64,000 nt of DNA from positions 6,896 through 70,895 of the forward strand of contig JBAZLC010000002.1 in assembly GCA_041650415.1 (NCBI GenBank). The letters run 5' to 3'. Below the pieces are notes generated by a model that did not search any database, was not told the origin of the DNA, and saw only the letters and a list, made by a program, of their open reading frames with translations. Shown here one piece after another: positions 28,133-37,689 of this stretch (positions are counted from its first letter, which is position 1; each line of letters begins with the position of its first letter). The stretch comes from Minisyncoccota bacterium. Its GTDB lineage: Bacteria; Patescibacteriota; Minisyncoccia; UBA6257; UBA9933. The position numbers and the translations under genes are program-made.

Positions 28133-29040
28133 AATTTTTGGCATTTCGGACAAAAATGCGCGCTTCTTCCACCCATCTTAACTCTTTTCACTAATCCACC
28201 GCAACGGCTCGGACACTTCTCGCCTTCTTTCCTATAAACCAAAAGTTTTTTCCCGTATTTTCCGGCAACACCCGAGATATCGCGGAAATCGCTGGTTGAA
28301 GTCCCGCGCAAGCTAATCGCTTTTTTTAATATTTTTTTCATCGCGAGATAAATTCTTTTTATCTCCCCATCTTTTAATTTATCCGCCGGCTTGACTGGAT
28401 GAATTTTTGCCGCATAAAGAATTTCATCGGCATAGATATTCCCGATACCGACAATAACTTTTTGGTCCATTAAAACCTGCTTTATCTTGCGCCTTTCCGG
28501 TCTTATTAACTCTAAAAACTTTCCAAAATTGAAACTTTTATCCAATGGTTCGGGTCCAAGCTCGGCCAAATCCGGCAATTTTTCAATATCCTCTTTTTTG
28601 CCGAATAAAACTTTGGCGAATTTCCGCAAATCCGAAAGCGCCAATTGCCAGCCATTATCAAGATAAAAAATCAGGTGGATATAACCATTAACTTTCTCGG
28701 CTAATGGCCCACCGACAATACTTGAAACCCGGAACCTGGAACTTGAAACTTTATGGATTTTCCATTTTCCAATCATCAAATGACCTGTCATTTTTTGATG
28801 AATAAGGAGTAAATATTTTTGTGTTTGTAGTTTATTGTTTGTAGTTAAGTATATAAGTATATTCTTGCCGCGGCGGGAAACTTTTTCTATTTTTAATCCT
28901 TTTATCTGCTTTTCAAAATCCGCCGATTTAAGCTTTTTTATTATTTTAGGAGAATCAAACCAAACGCCGGTAATTTTCCTGCCGACGATTTTTTTATTTA
29001 AGCCGTTTACTACTGTTTGAACCTCGGGAAGTTCAGGCAT
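28129..29040 (-). CDS. mutM: Formamidopyrimidine-DNA glycosylase
   Basis: MPELPEV, RRGK, LGPEPL, GIGNIYADE, C-terminal zinc finger. Confidence 0.97.
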   Translation of the reverse strand: MPELPEVQTVVNGLNKKIVGRKITGVWFDSPKIIKKLKSADFEKQIKGLKIEKVSRRGKNILIYLTTNNKLQTQKYLLLIHQKMTGHLMIGKWKIHKVSSSRFRVSSIVGGPLAEKVNGYIHLIFYLDNGWQLALSDLRKFAKVLFGKKEDIEKLPDLAELGPEPLDKSFNFGKFLELIRPERRKIKQVLMDQKVIVGIGNIYADEILYAAKIHPVKPADKLKDGEIKRIYLAMKKILKKAISLRGTSTSDFRDISGVAGKYGKKLLVYRKEGEKCPSRCGGLVKRVKMGGRSAHFCPKCQKL

Positions 29041-29044
29041 ATTT

Positions 29045-30373
29045 TTATTCTTCGCCGTAAACGATTTCTTTTGAAGGAATAAGTTTGGGGTCCGTAGGTA
29101 AAGTGAAATGAAAAGTTGAGCCGCGGTTTATTTCCGATTCCGCCCAAATTTTTCCGCCGTGGCGGTTTATGATGTTTTTGGCGATATAAAGTCCGAGGCC
29201 CGAACCTTCGGTGGCAAATTTAACCGCGTTATCGGAACGGAAAAATTTAGTAAACAATTTTTTGACGTCTTCTTCTGGAACTCCCACGCCCGTATCTTTA
29301 ACGCTGACCTCCAAATACGGCTCGTCTTTCAATCGTTCGATTTTAACTATTACTTCGCCGTTGGCGACGTTATATTTAACGGCATTATCCAAAAGATTCG
29401 AAAGTACCATTGATATTTTTTGACGATCGATAGATAAAGCGATTGACTGATCTGCCGGCTTTTCAAGATAAATTTTTACGTTAAATTGTTTCGATAAAGG
29501 TTCCATGCCGCGGATAATGTCTTCCACAAAACTTATAAACTCGACGTTTTCGAATTGATATCCGAATTCCCCTTCTTCTATTTTTGAAACGTCGAGCATA
29601 TCGTTGATTGTTTTCATCAACTTCGTCACTGCGCCCAAGGCCGTCTCAATTATCGGTTTTTGCTCTTCGGACATTTTTTGTTTTGAAAGCTCCTCTATCG
29701 CCCAGTGAGTTGCCGTCGCCGGAGTTCTCAATTGATGAGAAGCCGTGGCAATAAATTCGGTCTTTGATTTTAAAAGTTTTATTTCGCGGGTCCTGTCACG
29801 AACGATTTTGACAAACCCCAAAAGCTGGCCGTTTAAATCGCTTATTTTGTCCGTCGCGACCCGCAAACTCAAATCGGATTCGTTAAACGAAATATCTATT
29901 ATTTGCGGATATTCTCCGGGTTCCGAACGCCTGACAACCAATGGAGCCAATGACGGGAAAATCGCCTGGCTTAATAACTTGAATTTCGGTTCACGGGCGG
30001 TCTCAGGAGCAAAATATTTATACAACACTTCATTCGCCTTAAGACCGAAAATTTCTTCCGCCGCTCTGTTAAAAATAAGAATTTTAAAATTGGGATCGTA
30101 AGCGATAACGCCGTCTTTTAAATTCGCGATAATGCTTCGTAATTCATTCCTTTCAATTTTCACTTCCAAATTGGAGCGTGCCAGCCTTAAATTATTTACC
30201 AATATTACCGCCCCCAAAACCAATAAAATCGCCAGTACCGCAAAAACCAGAAGTTGAGGCAAATAAATAAAATCAATTACAAAAAGAGCCACAAGAAACG
30301 GCAAGAAAAACCAAAATAGCCGCATTTCCGGCAATTTTGAATAAAGAGCTATTTTTTGGAAAAAACGCTTCAT
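29045..30373 (-). CDS. PAS-domain sensor histidine kinase
   Basis: Two TMs, PAS, ASHQLRTP H-box, NLLDNAVKY, DTGVG, GSGLGL. Confidence 0.95.
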   Translation of the reverse strand: MKRFFQKIALYSKLPEMRLFWFFLPFLVALFVIDFIYLPQLLVFAVLAILLVLGAVILVNNLRLARSNLEVKIERNELRSIIANLKDGVIAYDPNFKILIFNRAAEEIFGLKANEVLYKYFAPETAREPKFKLLSQAIFPSLAPLVVRRSEPGEYPQIIDISFNESDLSLRVATDKISDLNGQLLGFVKIVRDRTREIKLLKSKTEFIATASHQLRTPATATHWAIEELSKQKMSEEQKPIIETALGAVTKLMKTINDMLDVSKIEEGEFGYQFENVEFISFVEDIIRGMEPLSKQFNVKIYLEKPADQSIALSIDRQKISMVLSNLLDNAVKYNVANGEVIVKIERLKDEPYLEVSVKDTGVGVPEEDVKKLFTKFFRSDNAVKFATEGSGLGLYIAKNIINRHGGKIWAESEINRGSTFHFTLPTDPKLIPSKEIVYGEE

Positions 30374-31572
30374 TGTAATTCCAGAACGTACAACTTATTG
30401 TCGTATCTATTCATGAAAAATAATTTCCCGTCGGTAAATTTAAGATTAACCGCGTCTATTGCCGCAGCGCTGCCATCCAAAATTCTCTCAAAAGCATTTT
30501 GCATTATGTCTATTTGATAAATCGAATCAATGAAGTAAACCGCTTTTTTAAAATAGTCGTCGGGCAAAGCCGATTTATCGGGAATACTCTGAGGAATAGC
30601 GCAATAAATTTTCGGATCGGAAACAAAACATTTTTCCGGCAAAGTGGTAAATTCTAAACTTGCCTTAACTTCTCCTTGCTCACCTATTAAATTCAAAATT
30701 CTGTTTCTTCCTTCAAGAGTAGTTGAAAATTGCAAACCCATTTTACCGTCAGAAGACCAATTTACCGCCAATCCTTCTTTTTCCCCCGTGAGCAGACTTA
30801 AAGTCTTTTTGGCGACGTCAACCGCCCAAATTGAAGCTGAATAAAAAGCCGACGCCTTAGGGACTAATGTTATTTTATTTTGAGAAACCCAATTTAAATC
30901 AAAATCTTGTTGATAAATTGAAAGTAAGGTCGCCGGTTTTTGTTTTAAATCAACCAAACTTTTTGTTATTAAATCGCTCTTATTTAAATCTTTGGCATTT
31001 GCCAGAAAATAAGCGATTTTTTTGCCGTCCGGAGAAAAATCGGCAGCAGTTATTTTATCGGGTAAAGATTCAAAAATATTATTTTCGGAATTATAAACGG
31101 CGAATTTAAACGTGCCGGAATCATTGCTTTTAATAATCACTCTTTTGCCGTCGAACGACGACTTTAATGATTGAAAATTATCTATCGGAGCCGAAGTAAG
31201 CGCTTCATCCGCGCCATCGGCTTTTACTTTATAAATTAATCCATCGCTGCCAATATAAAATACGCCGCTCCCCTGAACCATTTGAGTTGAAGACGCGGTC
31301 TGCGTTGAAGTTGAAATTGCGGAATTAAAAACCCAATAACCGTAAATTGTCTTATCGCTTATAATACTCAATTTTGAAGCGGCAGGCACGCCCGAAACCG
31401 AACTCGCGGAACCATTTACCGAAACTGATTGGCCGTTAACCGGATTTTCCGAAGAAATATTCGCGGGCGGATTCAAAATGGCGCCTGTTTTTTGCCAAGC
31501 GAAATAAATTCCCACCCCTAGAGCAATAACGGACAAAACCACCGCTATAATAATTATTGTTTTCTTACTCAT
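30370..31572 (-). CDS. Membrane-anchored beta-propeller (TolB-like repeats)
   Basis: FSPDGKKIAY, WSSDG, SFDGKRV; N-terminal TM. Confidence 0.7.
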   Translation of the reverse strand: MSKKTIIIIAVVLSVIALGVGIYFAWQKTGAILNPPANISSENPVNGQSVSVNGSASSVSGVPAASKLSIISDKTIYGYWVFNSAISTSTQTASSTQMVQGSGVFYIGSDGLIYKVKADGADEALTSAPIDNFQSLKSSFDGKRVIIKSNDSGTFKFAVYNSENNIFESLPDKITAADFSPDGKKIAYFLANAKDLNKSDLITKSLVDLKQKPATLLSIYQQDFDLNWVSQNKITLVPKASAFYSASIWAVDVAKKTLSLLTGEKEGLAVNWSSDGKMGLQFSTTLEGRNRILNLIGEQGEVKASLEFTTLPEKCFVSDPKIYCAIPQSIPDKSALPDDYFKKAVYFIDSIYQIDIMQNAFERILDGSAAAIDAVNLKFTDGKLFFMNRYDNKLYVLELQ

Positions 31573-31576
31573 AAAA

Positions 31577-32425
31577 TTATGATTTTACTAAAATATCCCA
31601 GTGATCGCTTTCCAGAGCATAAACCGCGCCGGAAGGCGAAACGTATTGCGCCGCTCCATCACTGGTTCTATCCGCTATTTTTGAAAAATTTTTCGTTATG
31701 TAATTATTAAGATTGGCGTTTAATCTCAAATCAACTTTATAGCCGTTACAATGGCTGTAAATTCCCCCCGCGTGAACGGTACCGCATCCTTCAGTACCGG
31801 CCGTAACAAAAACATTGCCGCTTCCAACATTTGGAGCCAAAGACAAAACTTCATTTATTGTTGTTTGTTGGACACCGTTTAAATCAACGCAATTTTGCGC
31901 CGTACCTGCCGGACAAATTGATTTGACGCCTATCCCGGATGAAGCGAGTTCTTGCCTGGATTCTTCTTCTGATAATCCTCCGGCTGCGTAAGCCGAAGAA
32001 GTTAAATTAACCGACGTTGGAACTAATAATTTATTGGGATTTTGAAGTTTTATTAAATCCGGATTAATGGTATTAAGAATAAGATAAGCTCCTAAAAGCA
32101 AAATTACTCCCCAAATTGCCGCCCAAATCCATTCCATGGCATCTTGCTTTGTCGAAATCGCACCCGAAACCGTCCATAAAACCGCGCCGTAAACCAAAAC
32201 TCCCAAGGCTGCTCCACCAACCACGCCCAAAGCGATTCTATAGAATCGCGAAACGAAATCCGCGGGGCTGGTTGCTCCAGCCCAAGGATATTTATATTGC
32301 AAATCTATTTGTGAAGGCGTAAGCACTTTAAGAGAGGAAGACTCCTGGGCGAAAGAATAAATTGGCGCGGAAAAAACAATCAAAACCGCGAATATTAAAA
32401 TAGAAATATTTAAAGTTTTTTTCAT
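31577..32425 (-). CDS. VirB2/TrbC-like pilin fused to an M15/Hedgehog-like zinc peptidase domain
   Basis: Signal peptide; two-TM pilin with AIWGVILLLGAYLILNTINP; C-terminal SHCNGYKVD...ESDHWDI. Confidence 0.7.
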   Translation of the reverse strand: MKKTLNISILIFAVLIVFSAPIYSFAQESSSLKVLTPSQIDLQYKYPWAGATSPADFVSRFYRIALGVVGGAALGVLVYGAVLWTVSGAISTKQDAMEWIWAAIWGVILLLGAYLILNTINPDLIKLQNPNKLLVPTSVNLTSSAYAAGGLSEEESRQELASSGIGVKSICPAGTAQNCVDLNGVQQTTINEVLSLAPNVGSGNVFVTAGTEGCGTVHAGGIYSHCNGYKVDLRLNANLNNYITKNFSKIADRTSDGAAQYVSPSGAVYALESDHWDILVKS

Positions 32426-32430
32426 TTTAT

Positions 32431-33141
32431 TTATTTTATCGTTAAATTAATTACTTGACTCGCCGACTCAAGTGTTTTTGTAATATTATTCATAATAACC
32501 GACAAATCTATATTCGAGCCAACCGGCATTTGAGGATCGATCTTCAAATTAAGGGTAAAGGGATCACCTTTTTGCGATTCCGGCTCCTGGCCTAAAACCG
32601 ACCACTGAACGGAAAAATTTCCACCATTATTACTATTAAAGAAAAACGGATATGTTTTAAAAATTGATTCTCCGGTTTGAATTTTTCCATCCGCATAAGG
32701 AGCATCTATCACGGCTTCCGGCCGGACAAGCGGAATAGCAATCATTTTATCTATTATCCCCTGCCCCAAGAAATCTACTATGGCGACCCTGACGCTTGTC
32801 GTTTGATCAAAATAATTCGGAGTGATAAAACTTATTTTTTTTATTCCCAAACCGTTATTTTCGTTTTTTACCAATTCATCGTCGACATACCAGCGAACTT
32901 TGGCCGTTGAAAGATCGACTAATTTGCCACTGGCCATCAATTCGAAACTGACGTTTATTGGAGTCGCCGCAGTCGGAAAAATTTTACCTTCGTACCAATT
33001 TGGAACGTAATTCTGCGCTTTCCAAGAAATTAAAAACTGCGGAGAAGTTTGAGCTTGGGCGAAATTAAAACATAGAACAAAAAACATAAAACATAAGACT
33101 ACCGTGACGGAAATTTTAAATTTTAAATTTAAATTTTTCAT
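32431..33141 (-). CDS. Secreted beta-rich hypothetical protein of the T4SS-like locus
   Basis: Signal peptide ending AQA; WKAQNYVPNWYEGK; YPFFF. Confidence 0.7.
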   Translation of the reverse strand: MKNLNLKFKISVTVVLCFMFFVLCFNFAQAQTSPQFLISWKAQNYVPNWYEGKIFPTAATPINVSFELMASGKLVDLSTAKVRWYVDDELVKNENNGLGIKKISFITPNYFDQTTSVRVAIVDFLGQGIIDKMIAIPLVRPEAVIDAPYADGKIQTGESIFKTYPFFFNSNNGGNFSVQWSVLGQEPESQKGDPFTLNLKIDPQMPVGSNIDLSVIMNNITKTLESASQVINLTIK

Positions 33142-33145
33142 GTAT

Positions 33146-33535
33146 TTATTCCGCTGCAGCCGCGGTTTTTAAAGGTATTTTTCCCGTTGCCATAGAAGCC
33201 ACTTTGCCAATTTCAGGATGATTAATCATGTATATTGCTATTAACACGCCCGCTGTCTTAATCGGCAAAAAGCTTAAAAGTGGAATTACATCCAATATAT
33301 TTCCGGCAATAATTGAAATTTGTTTTCTAAAACCCATTCCCCCTTTCATTATAAGCCAAAATTCCGTAATGGCAAAAACCGAAAAACTTATAATTGGAGC
33401 CATTAGAAACATGACCACGCCAATAGCCGGAATTAGAGCCAAAAAATTAAATACAATATCAACAATATCGGCGAATAAATTCAGTAAAACCATTAAAAGC
33501 GCTTCCACTAATGAAATTTTCTTTTGATTATTCAT
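33146..33535 (-). CDS. Hypothetical membrane protein
   Basis: Three to four hydrophobic segments; overlaps the VirB4 stop. Confidence 0.7.
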   Translation of the reverse strand: MNNQKKISLVEALLMVLLNLFADIVDIVFNFLALIPAIGVVMFLMAPIISFSVFAITEFWLIMKGGMGFRKQISIIAGNILDVIPLLSFLPIKTAGVLIAIYMINHPEIGKVASMATGKIPLKTAAAAE

Positions 33536-35288
33536 TTTCTTCTTTTAATAATTCCTCGGGATTTGTCGTAATTACTTTGTTTTCAAAATAAGAAGCGATT
33601 ATTTGAATCGCCACGTGTTTTAAACCGGCGAAAAACAATCCTTCGCCGACATTGGCTTCAAGTAATAATTGTTTTTCCGATTGGGAAAGATTGAAAGTCT
33701 TGGCAATAGTGTCTATGCCGACGGGCGCCTGCTTGAGTAAAAGCTGAAGTGCCGAATTGGAAATAATTGGCCGGCCCTGGGGCGATTCCAAAAAGTCTTC
33801 CACGTTCTGGGTAATCGTGGTAAGACCGAGATAATATTTCCGGCAACGCTTCGCCATAAAAGAAAGGAAGTTTGCGCTATCGGGATATTTCATCAGCCAC
33901 CATGCCTCGTCTATAAGCATTATTCTCTTCTTTAAGTCGGCTCTGATAAGATTCCAGATAAAATTCAAAACAATATACATCGCGATAGGCCGAAGCCCCT
34001 CTTCCAAATCGCGGACCGAGAAAACGATTAAACGGTTTTTTATGTCGACGTTAGTCGGCTTATTCGTAAAACCCGCGTAACTTCCTTTGGTAAATCTTTC
34101 AAGGCGTTTCGCTAAAGTTCTTCCTCCTTCTGTGCTTTCCAAAACAATTTGAAAATCTTCAAGTAGAGGCGCTTCAAGTTCCATAAAATTCGGCTGGTCG
34201 GGAGTAATATTACGCGATTCGTAAGTGGCGATTATGGCGCTGTCTAAAAGTGCTTCTTCTTCCGGGGTAACGGCGCCAAGCATTAATTTAATTAAACCGG
34301 CAAGATTAAGAATATGCGATTTAAAAATATCTGCCGGATCTTCGCCCGGAGGAACTATGGGAATGTCAAACGGATTTATCTGGCTTTCCGACGTCAGAGA
34401 AATTTTGAAAAAGCTTCCCCCAACCGACTCCGCCAATTTTTGGTATTCGTTTTCCGGATCTATTATTAGAACGTCTATCCCCATCATTAAATAACGCAAA
34501 ACTTCAAGCTTGCAAGCGTAAGATTTTCCGGAACCGGACTTGGCAAAAACCACCGAATTAGCGTTTTCCAAAGAAAATCTGTCGAAAATAACCAAAGTAT
34601 TATTGTGGCGGTTCAAACCATAAAGAATTCCATCATCGGAAGTAAGATCCACGGAAACAAACGGAAACATCGAAGAAGCGGGCCCGGAATTCATTGGAGA
34701 ATGTATTAAAAGCTTATCGGTGTTTAAAGGCAAAGTAGAAGCAAAACCGTCAGTCTGTTGAAACATCGCCGGCTTGATATAGACAAGCTGCGATTCAAAT
34801 AAAGAGTTTATTTTTTCTTCAAGTTTGTTTAGGGCGTCCAAATTATCCGCGTAAAAAGTGGCATAAACTCCAACGTTAAATAATTTCTCCCGCGCCTGCT
34901 GAAGCTGGTCTCTTAATCCTTCGATGTCCTGATAAGCCGTTTCAATAACCGGATCCCGGACCAAGCCTTTTTCCTGGCGCTCCATTAATTGAGCTTCAAC
35001 TTGAGCGGTTTTCTTGCGTAAGTTTCTCAAAGCGATGGCAGTATCAACCGGATGAACGAAAATAGAAATATCTATAAGCTCGGGTAAATTAATAATCGAA
35101 TTAAACCAGCCACTTGAAAGATAGCGCGGATAATTGAAAATAAAAACCGTTTTGACATATTTATCTCCCAATTTCAAATAGCCCGGCTCCACTTGCATGC
35201 CCGCCGGAGCAATAACATTTTGAATTTCACTTTCTCCTTTATTGTTTTGTAAATCTCTGGGAATCATGTTTATTTTATTTTTTTTCAA
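33528..35288 (-). CDS. VirB4-family ATPase (C-terminal/ATPase part)
   Basis: AKSGSGKSY Walker A, IIDPENEY, INPFD, IDEAW Walker B, RKYYLGLTTITQ. Confidence 0.9.
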   Translation of the reverse strand: MKKNKINMIPRDLQNNKGESEIQNVIAPAGMQVEPGYLKLGDKYVKTVFIFNYPRYLSSGWFNSIINLPELIDISIFVHPVDTAIALRNLRKKTAQVEAQLMERQEKGLVRDPVIETAYQDIEGLRDQLQQAREKLFNVGVYATFYADNLDALNKLEEKINSLFESQLVYIKPAMFQQTDGFASTLPLNTDKLLIHSPMNSGPASSMFPFVSVDLTSDDGILYGLNRHNNTLVIFDRFSLENANSVVFAKSGSGKSYACKLEVLRYLMMGIDVLIIDPENEYQKLAESVGGSFFKISLTSESQINPFDIPIVPPGEDPADIFKSHILNLAGLIKLMLGAVTPEEEALLDSAIIATYESRNITPDQPNFMELEAPLLEDFQIVLESTEGGRTLAKRLERFTKGSYAGFTNKPTNVDIKNRLIVFSVRDLEEGLRPIAMYIVLNFIWNLIRADLKKRIMLIDEAWWLMKYPDSANFLSFMAKRCRKYYLGLTTITQNVEDFLESPQGRPIISNSALQLLLKQAPVGIDTIAKTFNLSQSEKQLLLEANVGEGLFFAGLKHVAIQIIASYFENKVITTNPEELLKEENE

Positions 35289-35898
35289 CCGTTGATGGAT
35301 TATATAAATTGTAAAATAATTCCGTAAGCTCTTCTTCTGTCAACGCCACCGCTCTTAAGCCTATCTGAGTCAAACCGCTGATTACCTGGTCCGTTCTCTG
35401 ATTTAATTGCGTCATTTTTTGCTCAAAACTTTCTTCTATGCCCGCTTTCTTGTTCTTGCCGCCAAAACCAAAAACATCCAATAGTTTTTTCCCTCCGCCG
35501 GGAATTATTATCGGATCATAAGGCACAACGGCGAAAAAATTTTTTGCCATAACGGCGTTTGATTCTATAAAAGAACGGATAAATTCCGAATATTCCGATA
35601 TTTGATTTTTAAGAAGTTCATTTTGTTCCGCGGAATGCCGCTCTCCGAGTTTATTTAAATAACTTTCTATATTCATTTTGCGCGAGCGGATTACCACCTG
35701 AATCGAAAAATCCAGAGTATTTAAAAAATTCTGATAAGCGTAAATTATGATATTCTGCTCTTCTTCCGATTTAAGTTCGAAATTTATTCCCGAAACCATA
35801 AGCACGCGCCGCAACGAACCGTTCTTTAAAACCACCGCGTCGCCGCGAATATCCTTAATATCGACAAATTGTTGCGTCGGTTGAGCTTCTTTCGCCAT
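35275..35898 (-). CDS. VirB4/TraC N-terminal-domain protein
   Basis: INFELKSEEEQ, FLNTLDFSIQ, ELFYNLYNP; lies between PrgI and VirB4. Confidence 0.75.
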   Translation of the reverse strand: MAKEAQPTQQFVDIKDIRGDAVVLKNGSLRRVLMVSGINFELKSEEEQNIIIYAYQNFLNTLDFSIQVVIRSRKMNIESYLNKLGERHSAEQNELLKNQISEYSEFIRSFIESNAVMAKNFFAVVPYDPIIIPGGGKKLLDVFGFGGKNKKAGIEESFEQKMTQLNQRTDQVISGLTQIGLRAVALTEEELTELFYNLYNPSTVEKK

Positions 35899-35938
35899 AT
35901 GATTAATTATATCTTTTTTAACCCTTGATTACTAATAT

Positions 35939-36445
35939 TTATTTGTAATCAACGCGTCTTGCCGCTTCTTTTTCTCCGGTTAATTTTCTGAAAACCTGAA
36001 TTTTTTCTTTTGTTCCGCCATTTAAGGAAGTTTGCGGGCTTTTTTCTCTTTTTGGAATCGGATTTTTAGTAGTCATTAAATCCTGCCATAATCTTTTAAT
36101 TGAAGGCGCTCCGGCAAGAAAATCTTTCAAAGTTTCTCTTTTTTCCATTGTTAAAGATTGGCTTTCCGTTGTTTTTTGCCAAAGGTAAAATTTCGGTCCC
36201 CAAAAAAAACCAAAAGCATAAAGCAATATTTTTGGCAACGGCTGACCGTTGTATTTAACAAATGCCAAAGAAACGGAAACCGCCGTTAAAATCGCCGTTA
36301 CCATAATCCAAAGCCAGAGCGCCAAAACAAAATAAAGTGCGAAGCTCATGCCCGCGGCAACGGCCAAATAAAGAAATTGCTTCAATGTTAACGGCCCAAC
36401 TATTTTATTTTCAATTTCTATAAATTGAGGAATTTGAAACTGCAT
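35939..36445 (-). CDS. PrgI family (VirB3-like) protein
   Basis: QFQIPQFIEIENKIVGPLTLKQF and two TMs. Confidence 0.85.
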   Translation of the reverse strand: MQFQIPQFIEIENKIVGPLTLKQFLYLAVAAGMSFALYFVLALWLWIMVTAILTAVSVSLAFVKYNGQPLPKILLYAFGFFWGPKFYLWQKTTESQSLTMEKRETLKDFLAGAPSIKRLWQDLMTTKNPIPKREKSPQTSLNGGTKEKIQVFRKLTGEKEAARRVDYK

Positions 36446-36454
36446 GTTTATATT

Positions 36455-37684
36455 TTATTTAAACATCCCAAGGTCAACCATTTCTTCCGATTCTTCTTTT
36501 TTCCCGGTTTCCGGATTATTTTCTTCGATTTTTTCTTCTGTTTTCGCTTCCGGCTCCGCTTCAATCTTTATTTCTTTAACGTCTTCTTTTACCTCTTGCA
36601 AATTTTCGGGCACGACTTCACTTACCGGTTCAGCCGGCATTTTAACGACTTCAAATTTTTCAAATCCCGCAGTTTTTTCTTCCGCTAATTGACTAATATT
36701 TACTTTTTCTTGCACCGGTTGTTCCGGAACCTCGGAATAATTAACCACTTTCACGGCTTCAAAAACCTTATTTTCAGCCGGCGTCTCTTCAACAACGGCT
36801 TCCTTTTCCGTTGAAACAAGTTCTTCTTTTTTAATTTCCGGTTTATATTCCTCTTTTTTAGCGGGAGCGGGCTGATCTTCCATTATTTTAAATTCTTCGC
36901 CGATTTCCAATTCCGCTTTTACGGGCGCTTCTTCTTTTTTAAATTCATCTTTGCTCCGCAAAAAATTAAACATCCCGCCCAATGATTTTAATTTTCCGGA
37001 AAGCGGTTTAAAACCGACTTCTTGGTGGATAATCAACGGACCTTCGTTTTTAGGCGTTTCAACCGCGGCTTCCGCTGGCATGGCCGGAGCTGACGCCGGA
37101 GTTTCAAATGAAATCGTCGTCGGTTCTTCTATTTTTTTCTCTTCTTTCTCCATTAAAACGGGCTCTTCGATTTTTTTAACGGTAAAGGCCACGTTTTCAA
37201 CGGGAACAACTTTTTCAACAACGGGTTCCATTCCTTTTTTTACCGAAAGATCTATTTTATTTTCATCTTCAACGATTTTAAAAGACGATTCTTCCGTTTT
37301 ATTCCTTAAATCAAGGGTTGGAGACGTCTGACCTTCTTCGGTTTCCTCTTTTTCAGACGGAGAAGGCTGATAAATTTTTTCCAAATCATTTTTAAATTGA
37401 GAAAATATTTTTCTGTTTATTTCAACCGCTATCGCATCGGCGATTTCGGCGTTTATATTTAACGCCTCGCGGATTTCCGAAGCGAAATCCTCGGGATGAA
37501 TAAAACCCATTAATACTTCTCCTGCCAACTCGGCAATTTTTTGAATTTTATCTTCGGCCAAATGTTGATTCTCGCAAACACGCCATAATATTTCGGCGTT
37601 ATAATCGGAAAAAATAGCCGTTTTTAGATTATCCGGCAAAGTGTCCCATCTTGTTAACGCTTGTTGTTGAGAAATTTTAATCAT
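36455..37684 (-). CDS. Hypothetical protein: helical N-domain plus long acidic low-complexity tail
   Basis: 409-aa ORF, E/K/P/V-rich after about residue 105. Confidence 0.7.
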   Translation of the reverse strand: MIKISQQQALTRWDTLPDNLKTAIFSDYNAEILWRVCENQHLAEDKIQKIAELAGEVLMGFIHPEDFASEIREALNINAEIADAIAVEINRKIFSQFKNDLEKIYQPSPSEKEETEEGQTSPTLDLRNKTEESSFKIVEDENKIDLSVKKGMEPVVEKVVPVENVAFTVKKIEEPVLMEKEEKKIEEPTTISFETPASAPAMPAEAAVETPKNEGPLIIHQEVGFKPLSGKLKSLGGMFNFLRSKDEFKKEEAPVKAELEIGEEFKIMEDQPAPAKKEEYKPEIKKEELVSTEKEAVVEETPAENKVFEAVKVVNYSEVPEQPVQEKVNISQLAEEKTAGFEKFEVVKMPAEPVSEVVPENLQEVKEDVKEIKIEAEPEAKTEEKIEENNPETGKKEESEEMVDLGMFK

Positions 37685-37689
37685 AATTT

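Noticed and set aside
33528-35898. Split VirB4 as a frameshifted pseudogene
   Set aside because: Both parts are intact, have their own starts, overlap briefly and keep the Walker motifs.
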